DNA of 64,000 nucleotides from Spirochaetaceae bacterium (GTDB taxonomy: Bacteria > Spirochaetota > Spirochaetia > DSM-2461). The notes beneath the pieces are model-generated. The model was not told the origin of the DNA, did not search any database, and saw only the letters and a list, made by a program, of their open reading frames with translations. Below are positions 49,454-59,807 of this stretch, piece by piece; the stretch's first letter is position 1; each line of letters opens with the position of its first letter. The stretch is from NCBI GenBank assembly GCA_965224705.1, contig OZ245056.1, forward strand, positions 2,752,001-2,816,000. Reading direction: 5' to 3'. The translations under genes were made by a program, and so were the position numbers.

Positions 49454-52400
49454 ATGAAAATTCAACGCATTATCTCTGCAGTGCTTACAATTCTTATTCT
49501 AATTGTTCTAATTGGATGTCCGACGCCAATTACTGATCCAACCGATGCAGAACTGGTGGCGGCCGCCAAAGCTGCACTGGATATCGGTTATGGAGGAAGT
49601 GATAACGCCAATAGTGTAACTCAGGACCTAACCTTGCCAACTACTGGCACTGAAGGAACGACCATTAAGTGGAGCAGTGATAACACGGCTGTTATTACCG
49701 ATGCAGGAGAGGTTACCCGCCCGGCCAGCAGCGCTGGCAATGCTGCAGTGAAGCTGACAGCAACCATTTCAAAAGGAGGCGAAAGTGACACAAAGGAATT
49801 CAGCCTCACGGTTCTGAAAGAAGAGACAACAGGGCCCACCGATGCAGATTTGGTGGCTGCAGCTAAAGCTGCTCTGGCAATCACTTATGAAAGCGGTGAT
49901 AGCAATATTGGCGTAACTCAGGACCTAACCTTGCCAACCACCGTGACAGCCGCTCCCGGCGTGACCATTACGTGGAGCAGTGACAACACGGCTGTTATTA
50001 CCGATGCAGGAGCGGTTACCCGCCCGGCCAGCAGCGCTGGCAATGCTGCAGTGAAGCTGACAGCAACCATTGAAAAAGGAGACGAAACTGACACAAAGGA
50101 ATTCAGTCTCACGGTTCTGGCAGAAGGGGCAGCAGGTCCCACAGATGCACAGTTGGTGGCTGCAGCCAAAGCAGCTCTGGTTATCACGGATATTACCTTT
50201 GCCTCGGGTGAAGATAAAGATAGCGTAACTCAGGACGTAACCTTGCCAGACGCTGGCGATGGAGGGACAACTATTGCATGGAGCAGTGACAACGCGGCTA
50301 TTGCCGTAGCAGGAACGACTGGAACGGTTGCCCGTCCAAGTGCCTCTTCCAGTGATGCCACAGTTACCCTGACAGCAACCATTTCAAAAGAAAGCGCATC
50401 TGACACAAAGACCTTCGACCTCACCGTGCTCAAGGAGGAACCAACAGACATTGGAACACTCGGCAACTTCAGCATTGATGTGGATGACACAACAGCAAAG
50501 ACAAACACCGAGAGTTCTCACAGCGTGACGGTAAATGGCGATCTCAGTTCGGGAAGCGACTATACCCTTTCCATAACGGATCCCCTTAGCATTACGGATG
50601 CAGGGGTTATCACCATACCCGACAGCTACACCTCAATAGGAGCACATACGATAACCGTAACGGCTGCCGGTATCGGCAACTACTCCGGCACGAAAGAGGC
50701 CACCTTCACCCTTACGGTGGGTTATTCAGATGCAGAGTTGGTGGCGACAGCCAAAACTGATCTGGCTATCACCTATGGGGGAAGTGATAATGCAGGCAGC
50801 GTAACTCAAGATGTGACCTTGCCAACCACCGTGACCTCCGCTCCCGGCGTAAGCATCACATGGAGCAGTGACAACACGGCTATTAATGCCGCAACAGGAA
50901 CGGTTACCCGCCCAAGTGTCTCTTCCAGCAGTAATGCTTCAGTGACCCTGACAGCGACTATCACCAAGGGAGCCGCCACCGCCACAAAGACCTTCGACCT
51001 CACCGTGCTCAAGGAGGAACCAACAGACATTGGAACACTCACCAGCTTCACCATTGATGTGGATGACACAACAGCAAAGACAAACACCGAGAGTTCTCAC
51101 AGCGTAACGGTGAATGGCGGTCTTAGTCCGGGAAACGACTACACTCTTTCCATAACGGATCCCCTTAGCATCACGAATGCAGGAGCTATCTCCATACCCA
51201 ATACCTACGCCTCAAGTGATACATATACGATAACCGTAACGGCTGCCGGCATCGGCAACTACTCCGGTACGAAAGAGAAAACCTTCACCCTTACAGTAGT
51301 TCTTTCCGATGCCGATGCGGTGGCTGCAGCCAAAACAGCTCTGGTTATCACGGATATTACCTTTGCCTCAGGTGAAGATAAAGATAGCGTAACTCAGGAC
51401 GTAACCTTACCGACCTCAGGTGATGAAGGTACAACTATTGCATGGAGCAGTGACAACGCGGCTATTGCCGTAGCAGGAACGACTGGAACGGTTGCCCGCC
51501 CAAGTGCCTCTTCCAGTGATGCCACAGTTACCCTGACAGCAACCATTTCAAAAGGAAGCGCATCTGACACAAAGACCTTCGTCCTCACCGTGCTCAATGA
51601 GGAACCAATAGACATCGGAACACTCACCAGCTTTACCATTGATGTGGATGACACAACAGCAAAGACAAACACCGAGAGTTCTCACAGCGTGACGGTAAAT
51701 GGCGGTCTCACTGAGGGAAGCGACTACACTCTTTCCATAACGGATCCCCTTACCATAACGAATGCAGGAGCTATCACCATACCCGACAGCTACACCTCAA
51801 TAGGAGCACATACGATAACCGTAACGGCTGCCGGTATCGGCAACTACACCGGCACGAAAGAGGCCACCTTCACCCTTACGGTAGTTCTTTCAGATGCCGA
51901 TGCGGTGGCTGCAGCCAAAGCAGCTCTGGTTATCACGGATATTACCTTTGCCTCAGGTGAAGATAAAGATAGCGTAACTCAGGACGTAACCTTACCGACC
52001 TCAGGTGATGAAGGTACAGCTATTGCATGGAGCAGTGACAACACGGCTATTGATACAGCAGGAGCGGTCACCCGCCCAAGCGCCTCTTCCAGTGATGCCA
52101 CAGTGACCCTGACAGCGACTATCACTAAGGGAACTGCCACCGATACAAAGACCTTCACTCTCACTGTACTCAAGGAGGAACCAACAGACATCGGAACACT
52201 TGGCAGCTTCACCATTGATGTGGATGACGCAACAGTAGAGGCAGGCATTGCTGATACTCACAGCGTGACGGCGGTAAATGGCGGTCTCACGGCGGAAACC
52301 GACTACACCCTTTCCATAACGCCTCCCCTTACCATAACGAATGCAGGGGCTATCACCATACCCGCTAATGCCTACTCCGCAGCAGGTACACCTACGATAA

Positions 52401-54553
52401 CCGTAACGGCTGCCGGTACCGGCAACTACTCCGGCACGAAAACGGGAACCTTCGTCCTGACGGTGAACGCCCCCGGCACAGCAGCGGTGGCTGCTGCCAA
52501 AGCAGCCCTGGATATCACGGATATTGGGTTTGCCTCAGGGGAAGATAAAGATAACGTAAAACAGAATATAACATTACCGACCTCTGGCGAGGAAGGTACA
52601 ACTATTTCATGGAGCAGTGACAACACGGCTGTCATTACCGCAGCAGGAGCGGTCACCCGCCCAAGTGCCTCTTCCAGTGATGCTTCAGTGACCCTGACAG
52701 CGACTATCAGCAAGGAATCCGCCACCGATACAAAGACCTTCACTCTCACTGTACTCAAGGAGGAACCAACAGACATCGGAACACTTGGCAGCTTCACCAT
52801 TGATGTGGATGACGCAACAGTAGAGGCAGGCATTGCTGATACTCACAGCGTGACGGCGGTAAATGGCGGTCTCACGGCGGAAACCGACTACACCCTTTCC
52901 ATAACGCCTCCCCTTACCATAACGAATGCAGGGGCTATCACCATACCCGCTAATGCCTACACCGCAGCAGGTACACCTACGATAACCGTAACGGCTGCCG
53001 GTACCGGCAACTACTCCGGCACGAAAACGGGAACCTTCGTCCTGACGGTGAACGCCCCCGGCACAGCAGCAGTGGCCGCAGCCAAAGCAGCCCTGACTAC
53101 CGCGAGTATTGGGTTTGCCACAGGTGAAGATAAAGATAGCGTAACTCAAGACATAACCTTGCCAACCACTGGCACTGAAGGTACAGCTATTGCATGGAGC
53201 AGTGACAACACGGCTATTGATACAGCAGGAACGGTTACCCGCCCAGATATCTCTTCCAGTGATGCCACAGTTACCCTGACAGCAACCATTTCAAAAGGAA
53301 GCGCATCTGACACAAAGACCTTCGTCCTCACCGTGCTCAAGGAGGAACCAACAGACATCGGAACACTTGGCAGCTTCACCATTGATGTGGATGACGCAAC
53401 AGTAGAGGCAGGCATTGCTGATACTCACAGCGTGACGGCGGTAAATGGCGGTCTCACGGCGGAAACCGACTACACCCTTTCCATAACGCCTCCCCTTACC
53501 ATAACGAATGCAGGGGCTATCACCATACCCGCTAATGCCTACACCGCAGCAGGTACACCTACGATAACCGTAACGGCTGCCGGTACCGGCAACTACTCCG
53601 GCACGAAAACGGGAACCTTCGTCCTGACGGTGAACGCCCCCGGCACAGCAGCGGTGGCAGCAGCCACAGCAGCCCTGACTACCGCGGATATTACCTTTGC
53701 CGCAGGTGAAGATGCAAGTAAAGTAATTCAGGACATAACCTTGCCGGCCGCTGGCACTGACGGTACATCTATTACATGGAGCAGTAACAATGGGGCTATT
53801 GCCGTAGCAGGAACGGATGGAACGGTTACCCGCCCAGCCAATGGCGCTAGCAATGCTGCAGTGACGCTGACAGCGACTATCACTAAAGACGCCGCCACCG
53901 ATACAAAGACCTTCACCCTCACCGTTATTGAAATGCAAAGAGCCGATATGTTCAGCTACGTTGATGCGGCAGACGGGGCTGTAACCATTAATAATGCGCT
54001 GTCTGCCAACAGCGTAGAGGTAACCAAAGGAACTTACAGTAATATAAAATCAGAGTGGGCTGACTTCCTTGACCCTAAACTTGAACAGGCTTCTCTGGCA
54101 GAATCTGCAGCAATGCAAGGTGGTATTTCCATTGAAGGTGGGGGGGATTGGAATATAGATAACGATACCATTGGTGAGGGGACTCTCCTGAGCTATACAT
54201 TTAGCAGGCCGGTAATTGTTCGCTCCCTTTTAATCGCCCCCAGAAGATCCCTCGATTTTCCTGTGAGGCTGGAACGAATAAGTATAGTATTATATGATAA
54301 TGAAGGCGATGTATTAGTGAGATTTGATAATCCCAGCGATGTCTCTGCTTCAAAGATTCCTGTAAAACCAGATGGTACCACCTGGACAGTGATAGGTGAT
54401 AAGACCACCGATAACTATGGAGGACATCATCAGCATGTCTTGTCAAATCCGATGGAGGGGGTATACGGATTGAAATTGCTCATTAACACAGATGACCCTG
54501 ATAATTTATTGTATACCCAGTTCAATTATTTCAATGCCGAGTTGGAATTCTAA
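49454..54553 (+). CDS. Large surface lipoprotein with 15 tandem Ig-like repeats and a distinct C-terminal domain
   Basis: Lipobox LIGC; 9 type-A repeats (SVTQDLTLP...WSSDN...VTRP...LTATI) and 6 type-B repeats (PTDIGTL...GNYSGTK); ~200-aa unique tip. Confidence 0.88.
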   Translation: MKIQRIISAVLTILILIVLIGCPTPITDPTDAELVAAAKAALDIGYGGSDNANSVTQDLTLPTTGTEGTTIKWSSDNTAVITDAGEVTRPASSAGNAAVKLTATISKGGESDTKEFSLTVLKEETTGPTDADLVAAAKAALAITYESGDSNIGVTQDLTLPTTVTAAPGVTITWSSDNTAVITDAGAVTRPASSAGNAAVKLTATIEKGDETDTKEFSLTVLAEGAAGPTDAQLVAAAKAALVITDITFASGEDKDSVTQDVTLPDAGDGGTTIAWSSDNAAIAVAGTTGTVARPSASSSDATVTLTATISKESASDTKTFDLTVLKEEPTDIGTLGNFSIDVDDTTAKTNTESSHSVTVNGDLSSGSDYTLSITDPLSITDAGVITIPDSYTSIGAHTITVTAAGIGNYSGTKEATFTLTVGYSDAELVATAKTDLAITYGGSDNAGSVTQDVTLPTTVTSAPGVSITWSSDNTAINAATGTVTRPSVSSSSNASVTLTATITKGAATATKTFDLTVLKEEPTDIGTLTSFTIDVDDTTAKTNTESSHSVTVNGGLSPGNDYTLSITDPLSITNAGAISIPNTYASSDTYTITVTAAGIGNYSGTKEKTFTLTVVLSDADAVAAAKTALVITDITFASGEDKDSVTQDVTLPTSGDEGTTIAWSSDNAAIAVAGTTGTVARPSASSSDATVTLTATISKGSASDTKTFVLTVLNEEPIDIGTLTSFTIDVDDTTAKTNTESSHSVTVNGGLTEGSDYTLSITDPLTITNAGAITIPDSYTSIGAHTITVTAAGIGNYTGTKEATFTLTVVLSDADAVAAAKAALVITDITFASGEDKDSVTQDVTLPTSGDEGTAIAWSSDNTAIDTAGAVTRPSASSSDATVTLTATITKGTATDTKTFTLTVLKEEPTDIGTLGSFTIDVDDATVEAGIADTHSVTAVNGGLTAETDYTLSITPPLTITNAGAITIPANAYSAAGTPTITVTAAGTGNYSGTKTGTFVLTVNAPGTAAVAAAKAALDITDIGFASGEDKDNVKQNITLPTSGEEGTTISWSSDNTAVITAAGAVTRPSASSSDASVTLTATISKESATDTKTFTLTVLKEEPTDIGTLGSFTIDVDDATVEAGIADTHSVTAVNGGLTAETDYTLSITPPLTITNAGAITIPANAYTAAGTPTITVTAAGTGNYSGTKTGTFVLTVNAPGTAAVAAAKAALTTASIGFATGEDKDSVTQDITLPTTGTEGTAIAWSSDNTAIDTAGTVTRPDISSSDATVTLTATISKGSASDTKTFVLTVLKEEPTDIGTLGSFTIDVDDATVEAGIADTHSVTAVNGGLTAETDYTLSITPPLTITNAGAITIPANAYTAAGTPTITVTAAGTGNYSGTKTGTFVLTVNAPGTAAVAAATAALTTADITFAAGEDASKVIQDITLPAAGTDGTSITWSSNNGAIAVAGTDGTVTRPANGASNAAVTLTATITKDAATDTKTFTLTVIEMQRADMFSYVDAADGAVTINNALSANSVEVTKGTYSNIKSEWADFLDPKLEQASLAESAAMQGGISIEGGGDWNIDNDTIGEGTLLSYTFSRPVIVRSLLIAPRRSLDFPVRLERISIVLYDNEGDVLVRFDNPSDVSASKIPVKPDGTTWTVIGDKTTDNYGGHHQHVLSNPMEGVYGLKLLINTDDPDNLLYTQFNYFNAELEF

Positions 54554-54570
54554 ACCCTGCGGCAGGGTTT
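54552..54570 (+). terminator. Hairpin at the lipoprotein stop (first of a hairpin cluster)
   Basis: AAACCCTG-CGG-CAGGGTTT followed by T. Confidence 0.55.
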
Positions 54571-54774
54571 TAATCTTTCGTGCGGCTGTAAAAGCCGCAT
54601 GAGGGATTAAGATAATCTTACGCTTGTCTCGCACCCGAGATTGTAAGGTTATGCCATGCCATTGAGCATCGGACATTAGGTTATTGAGTTTGTACATCAA
54701 GGAGGCACCCATATCAGTGGGGGCCTCCTCTATTTTTGATGATTTTTTCCTGATGCAAGGCGACAAAAACTCAA

Positions 54775-54937
54775 GCGCACCTATAAAAACCCCGCTTTCG
54801 GAATCTGGCGCAGAGATTTTTTACTGATACAAGGCGACAAAAGCGGAGCGCAGTTGGGCTGCGTGAGCATTTTGGCAGCGCAGCTGCAGTGGTAAAGATC
54901 AAGCCAGAAACGGAATGGGTGTTTTTTATTAGAGCGT
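54775..54937. mobile_element. Miniature inverted-repeat element with an ERIC-like core and different termini
   Basis: Imperfect ~35-bp TIRs GCGCACCTATAAAAACCCC..TCTGGC / GCCAGA..GGGTGTTTTTTATTAGAGCG; core 54826-54883 matches 43441-43498. Confidence 0.65.
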
Positions 54938-54950
54938 GGGCTTAGAAGAA

Positions 54951-55342
54951 TTACAGGCTCTTGTCAGACTCTGTTTTCGCCTGTCGCAAAATCTTCTCCA
55001 TCTTTTTGCCTTTCGCCAGTTCGTCCACCAACTTGTCTAAATATCTGACCTGTTTTGTCAACGGAGTTTCAATTTCTTCTATCCGATAACCACAGACTAC
55101 TCCTGTAATCAAGTGAACATTGGGGTTCAATTCTGCATTCGCAAAGAATGTTTCAAAAGTCATTTTCCATCAATCATTTCCTGCAGTTTTCCATCATCAC
55201 CCCCCCCCCGTCAGCCATTCTATGATTTGATGCAACTCTTTTTTGTCCTGCCTTTGCTTTCAACTTTTGCGAGATAATGTGGATATACCGATGCAAATGT
55301 CATTTTTGCCATTCGTGCATCGTGTTCCGGTGTTGTTTTCAT
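54951..55342 (-). pseudogene. DUF2200-family gene with three homopolymer frameshifts
   Basis: MTFASVYPHYLAKVE.KGRT..EL.QIIEWLTG and [14 protein letters not shown]...[14 protein letters not shown] fall in different frames; breaks at A6, G10 and A4 runs. Confidence 0.75.
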
Positions 55343-55343
55343 G

Positions 55344-55736
55344 CTATTTCAACCTCACTAAGCTTCCTTTTCTTTTCACTATATTTTTATAGTCCCATTG
55401 TAATTCTTTTGATTTCTTTAACCATCTTCTTAGATCAGTCAAATCGATACAGCTTGATGAAATATAGCGAATGGATGCATCTTTAAACTTACCTGTGCCA
55501 ACTTTGAGTTTTTCTTCTCCAAAATCCGCACCGCTCCAAAACATCAGACGAATACAATCCTTGAGTTTGCTGTAGCCAACAGTTGGATTACCGTTCAAAA
55601 ACCAGACAGGGTGGGCGTGCCAGATCCTATTTTCTGCTTCAGTCAGTTCACTGTCAATAGTTTCTGCAAGTAAGTCGCAGATCTCCTTATCAAGGGCTGA
55701 TTGTTTGTTGTTATATTCCCGGGTACATTCCTGCAT
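55344..55736 (-). CDS. DUF1801 (YdhG-like) domain protein
   Basis: IWHAHPVWF.GNP.VGY and LMFWSGA.F motifs. Confidence 0.75.
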   Translation of the reverse strand: MQECTREYNNKQSALDKEICDLLAETIDSELTEAENRIWHAHPVWFLNGNPTVGYSKLKDCIRLMFWSGADFGEEKLKVGTGKFKDASIRYISSSCIDLTDLRRWLKKSKELQWDYKNIVKRKGSLVRLK

Positions 55737-55912
55737 ATTTCTTAGCTCTCCTAAGTCTTAGATTGTGGTGACCCCGGCCTTCTCAGCATGAGTTGTGTCC
55801 TTCTTCTTCCGGGCCTCCTTCACCCGCCATGGAATCATGCAGTTAACGAGCTTGACATGGGTTTTTATTGCATTAACAGGCTTTCTGACACTGAGTAACG
55901 CCAAACCAGCAT

Positions 55913-58444
55913 CTAAATGACAGCGGCCAGCCTCCGCACTTCCGCAAATCGCTCGCGGACAGCTTCGCGCACCAATGCCGCTCCCTTCATCTCCAGAGCA
56001 TCCGATGCAAGGCTTTCGCATTCTTTGAGAGACAGGGAACGAATAAGATACTTGAGCGCAGGTATACGGGCGGCTGAGGCACTGAATTTCCTTATGCCCA
56101 TGCCCAGGAGGATGGGGATGACCTCAAAATCGGCGGCGGCTTCTCCGCAGACGCTGATGGCCGTTTCCGAAGCCAGTGCGGCATCACTCACCTGTCTCAA
56201 CGTGCGCAGCATGGCCGGGTGGCAAACATCGTAAAGCTCGGCAAGGGCAATGTTGTCCCGCTCTGCCGCGAGGATGTATTGCACGAGATCGTTTGTTCCT
56301 ATGCTGAAAAAATCGGATTCCATGGCAAGTTCTTGAGCCAGCATCACACTGGCCGGTGTCTCTATCATCACACCGAGAGGAACATGACGGGCGCATTCTA
56401 TTTCCTCCTCTTCCAGCTCTTGCCTCACATGCTCCAGCTTCTCCTTGAAAAGTGCGATTTCCTGCCTGTCCACAACCATGGGCAGCATAATCTTCATGCC
56501 GCCATGGACAGCCGCCCGGAGCAGGGCACGAAGCTGAACATGTAAAAGATGTTCATGCTTGAAAACAAAGCGTATGCCCCGCAGTCCCAGGAAGGGATTG
56601 GCTTCCTCATTCAATGGTAGATAAGGGATTTTCTTGTCTCCTCCAATGTCCAGGATTCGAATGATCACACCCCTTCCCTGCATTTCCTTCACGGCATGCG
56701 CGTATGCCTCATATTGTTCCTCTTCACCTGGCGGCGACAGGCGGTCGAGAAACAGGAATTCCGAGCGAAACAGGCCCACCCCATCCGCGCCGCTGGCCGC
56801 CAGCCCGTCCATATCCCGCCGTGAACCGATGTTCGCGGCGCATTCTGTCCCTACCCCATCCCGGGTACGCGCCATTTCCTGCGCCTGAGCACCAAGCTCC
56901 TCTTTCAGAATCACCAGATCCCTCATCATTTTCCGGCAGGACGCCGCCCTGTCAGCATCAGGATTCAGGACAATCTCCGGCGAATTCGCATCCAGAAAAA
57001 CAGCGGCCTCTGAGGAGACGGCATCCATATCCTCATAACCGCTGACCATGGGGATACCTTCCGAACGGGCAATAATCGCGGCATGTGATGTGGGGCCGCC
57101 CGTTCTGGTTACAATGCCCTTCACTCTGCGTGAATCGATCTTCGTGATGACTCCCGGACTGATCTCATCAATGAACAGAATGGCATTCTCCGGCGAGTCC
57201 GTTATCGCGGGCACGGAAACTCTCGCTGATTCACGCAGCAGGCGCACACCGATGTCCACAAGATCGTCCGCCCTGGCCTGAAGCAGTTCATTGCCTTCAA
57301 TTGCCCCGTATTCGCCGGCCACATCCACGCACGCAGTCCACCAGGCCCGCTCCGCAGAGCTTCCTCCCGAAATGGCTCCCTTCGCCCGGAAAAGCAGGTC
57401 AGGATCCTTCATCATCACCTGATGCATTTGCAGCACGGATTTAGCCGCCCCCTCCTCTCGATCGTCCACCTCCGCCCGCAGAGTTTCCTGGGCCCTGGAA
57501 AGCAATCCATCCAGCAGCGCCATTTCCTCTCCGGGAGAGGCCGCCGCCTCATCGTGGAAAATGGGTTTCACTGCGGAGTCAATTTTCCATACATTCCCCA
57601 TGGCCAGGCCGCGAGAAATACTGACCAGCCTGGGAGCCGGCCGACTTTCTTCTCCGGGTGCCGAATTCTTTGCGAAGTCCTCATTGCGCAAAGCCTCCAG
57701 CTCTTCATCACTGACTTCCCTCTCGTTGAATTCACGCAAAACCAGGATGGACATCTCATCAAGAAAGGCCTGTGCCTCCCTCCCCCAGGCATGAACGGCA
57801 ACGGCATCGCCTCGGCGAAGGTTGAGTTTGGCGATGGAGTTCAGGCTTCGGGCGGAGGCGGGGTGCTTCTCCGAGTCCTTCACGCTCAGGTAAATCTCCG
57901 CGTCGAACTTTGAGGCGGCCTGAACCAGGGCGGCCGCCGGTCTCGCGTGCAGACCGTGCTGGTTCCTTATGAGAAAGGTTTCATTCAGCGCATCCGGCGG
58001 AAAGGAAACGGCCTGTTCGGGGGAGGGGGCATAAGCAGCCTCGCCAAGCTGTTCACGCTTGGGCGCAAGCGCGCTGAGCGCCTCCTGCTTCACCGTTTCC
58101 ATGTCCGCGCCTATGACCGACTGCACGGCCGCTATGATGCTCCCCTCAACCAGAGGGGCGGAACACAGATGAACATGGGAGGCCGCCTTTTCGCCCAGAA
58201 AATCCAGCGCCGTCTCCGCGCTGAGCAAAGCACTTCCCATGTCCATCAAAACAAGGACACCATCCTCCGAATCAACCTGAGCGATGGCGTCCATTATGGC
58301 CGTTGCATCGGTTCCGAAATCCTCTCCATCATCGCCCGTGCCGCCAACTCCCACAACGCTTGCTTCACTTGCGGCCTGTTTGGCAAGGGAACAGGCGGCC
58401 AGAGCCAAAGCCTTGCTGTGAGAAACCAGAACAACACCGACCAA
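55913..58444 (-). CDS. dhaM: Fused DhaM EIIA - HPr - complete enzyme I (PEP-protein phosphotransferase)
   Basis: VSHS and MDMGSA (EIIA-Man/DhaM); GLHARPA (HPr); GPTSHAAI, GLFRSEF, EANPFLGLRG, SIGTNDL and VCGE (EI). Confidence 0.9.
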   Translation of the reverse strand: MVGVVLVSHSKALALAACSLAKQAASEASVVGVGGTGDDGEDFGTDATAIMDAIAQVDSEDGVLVLMDMGSALLSAETALDFLGEKAASHVHLCSAPLVEGSIIAAVQSVIGADMETVKQEALSALAPKREQLGEAAYAPSPEQAVSFPPDALNETFLIRNQHGLHARPAAALVQAASKFDAEIYLSVKDSEKHPASARSLNSIAKLNLRRGDAVAVHAWGREAQAFLDEMSILVLREFNEREVSDEELEALRNEDFAKNSAPGEESRPAPRLVSISRGLAMGNVWKIDSAVKPIFHDEAAASPGEEMALLDGLLSRAQETLRAEVDDREEGAAKSVLQMHQVMMKDPDLLFRAKGAISGGSSAERAWWTACVDVAGEYGAIEGNELLQARADDLVDIGVRLLRESARVSVPAITDSPENAILFIDEISPGVITKIDSRRVKGIVTRTGGPTSHAAIIARSEGIPMVSGYEDMDAVSSEAAVFLDANSPEIVLNPDADRAASCRKMMRDLVILKEELGAQAQEMARTRDGVGTECAANIGSRRDMDGLAASGADGVGLFRSEFLFLDRLSPPGEEEQYEAYAHAVKEMQGRGVIIRILDIGGDKKIPYLPLNEEANPFLGLRGIRFVFKHEHLLHVQLRALLRAAVHGGMKIMLPMVVDRQEIALFKEKLEHVRQELEEEEIECARHVPLGVMIETPASVMLAQELAMESDFFSIGTNDLVQYILAAERDNIALAELYDVCHPAMLRTLRQVSDAALASETAISVCGEAAADFEVIPILLGMGIRKFSASAARIPALKYLIRSLSLKECESLASDALEMKGAALVREAVRERFAEVRRLAAVI

Positions 58445-58447
58445 TCT

Positions 58448-59068
58448 CTAATCTCCCAGAGTGTCTGCCGCCGCTTTCAGCAGCAAAAAACTCGATGTCG
58501 CACCGGGATCCTGATGACCTTGACTTCTCTCACCCAGGTAGCTGGCCCGCCCCTTTTTCGCGATCATGTCAACCGTGCTTTTCATGCCCCCCTCGGCGGC
58601 CTCTGCGCCCTTCGTGAGCATTTCCCTGACAGAGGATTGTGCTTCCTTCATGGCCTCCAGCGCCGGGAGCCACGTGTCGATCATCGTCTTGTCACCGGCC
58701 TGTGCCTTTCCCCGGGCTATCAGCCCGGCCACGCCCTCTTCAAAGAGACCGAAAAGCTGTTTCGCATCCAGTTCCTGCGCATTACCGGCGGCCATGGAAG
58801 CTTTGAGGAAGAACGTTCCGTAAAGAGGGCCGGAGGCCCCCCCTACGGTTTTGATAAGCTGCATGGATACGGTTTTCAGTAATTCGCCTATGGAATCCGG
58901 GGAAACATTCGCAAGATGCTTCTGAACGGTCTGGAAGCCCCGCTTCATGTTGACCCCATGATCGGCATCTCCGATAGCGGAATCCAGATCGGTCAGGTAG
59001 GCTTCATTCTCATTGTAGACTTCCGACAGTTTGCCCAGGAAGGCCATGAATTGCTTCATCGTCACCAT
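58448..59068 (-). CDS. dhaL: Dihydroxyacetone kinase ADP-binding subunit
   Basis: LDSAIGDADHG, GGASGPLYG, GDKTMID, KGRASYLGERS and DPGA motifs. Confidence 0.95.
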   Translation of the reverse strand: MVTMKQFMAFLGKLSEVYNENEAYLTDLDSAIGDADHGVNMKRGFQTVQKHLANVSPDSIGELLKTVSMQLIKTVGGASGPLYGTFFLKASMAAGNAQELDAKQLFGLFEEGVAGLIARGKAQAGDKTMIDTWLPALEAMKEAQSSVREMLTKGAEAAEGGMKSTVDMIAKKGRASYLGERSQGHQDPGATSSFLLLKAAADTLGD

Positions 59069-59084
59069 ACCGCAATCCTGTCAC

Positions 59085-59753
59085 CTATTCCGAGCTTCCG
59101 CCATCGAGATACTTGAAGACTCCCGCTGCGAGCAGACCGCCGACAATTGGACCAACAATGTAAACCCAGAGATTGGTGAAATTCCCTGCAACGATGGCAG
59201 GGCCGATACTCCGCGCCGGATTGATGCTCGTATTGGTGACGGCACCGGTCGTGAAAATCACCGCTGCCACGACAAGACCGATGATGAGACCGGCAAAATC
59301 ACTCTTACCCTTCCCCACGGCGCAGCCGAAAACGGTGAGTACCAGAATGAAGGTAGCGATAACCTCAACACCCACACCCGTGAGGGGCGAGAGACCATCC
59401 GCGAGACCGGTCACGCCCAGTCCGGAACCAACGGACGCCAGGGTGAATTTCATGAGCAGCGCGGCCACAGTAGCCCCGAGAACCTGTGCAATAATGTAAA
59501 CAATTACCTGCTTTATCTTGATCAGACCGTAGGCCCATAGAGCTATGGTAACGGCGGGATTTATGTGCGCGCCGGAGACATTGCCCAGAGAGTACACCGC
59601 TGCGGCAACGATGAAGCCGAAGGCCAGCGAAACGCCAACGAGGCCAAGGAGGTCGAAGAACATCGCACTCCCGGCACCGACATAAACAAGTAAAAGTGTG
59701 CCGAAAAACTCGGCTGTAAATTGTCGTCCTGTATCATTCATTTTCTTCTCCAA
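59085..59753 (-). CDS. MIP/aquaporin-family channel
   Basis: SGAHINPAVT and SINPARSIGP (two NPA motifs); 6 TM; start may be the second ATG (59741). Confidence 0.9.
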   Translation of the reverse strand: MEKKMNDTGRQFTAEFFGTLLLVYVGAGSAMFFDLLGLVGVSLAFGFIVAAAVYSLGNVSGAHINPAVTIALWAYGLIKIKQVIVYIIAQVLGATVAALLMKFTLASVGSGLGVTGLADGLSPLTGVGVEVIATFILVLTVFGCAVGKGKSDFAGLIIGLVVAAVIFTTGAVTNTSINPARSIGPAIVAGNFTNLWVYIVGPIVGGLLAAGVFKYLDGGSSE

Positions 59754-59807
59754 ATTTCTTCAGGATCTTTACAGAATCCCTTATTAATCCAGTCGCACTC
59801 GCGACTT

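Noticed and set aside
49454..54553. Diversity-generating retroelement target
   Set aside because: No reverse transcriptase and no TR/VR pair with adenine-specific differences seen; the repeats are ordinary domain duplications.
44110..55900. Integron cassette array or prophage/integrative island at ssrA
   Set aside because: No integrase, no recognisable attC after the small genes, no duplicated tmRNA 3' end, no phage genes.
57947..58882. 311-aa + strand ORF and other long antisense ORFs in infB, SNF2 and the lipoprotein
   Set aside because: They fully overlap well-supported genes on the opposite strand, as expected from GC-rich codon bias.
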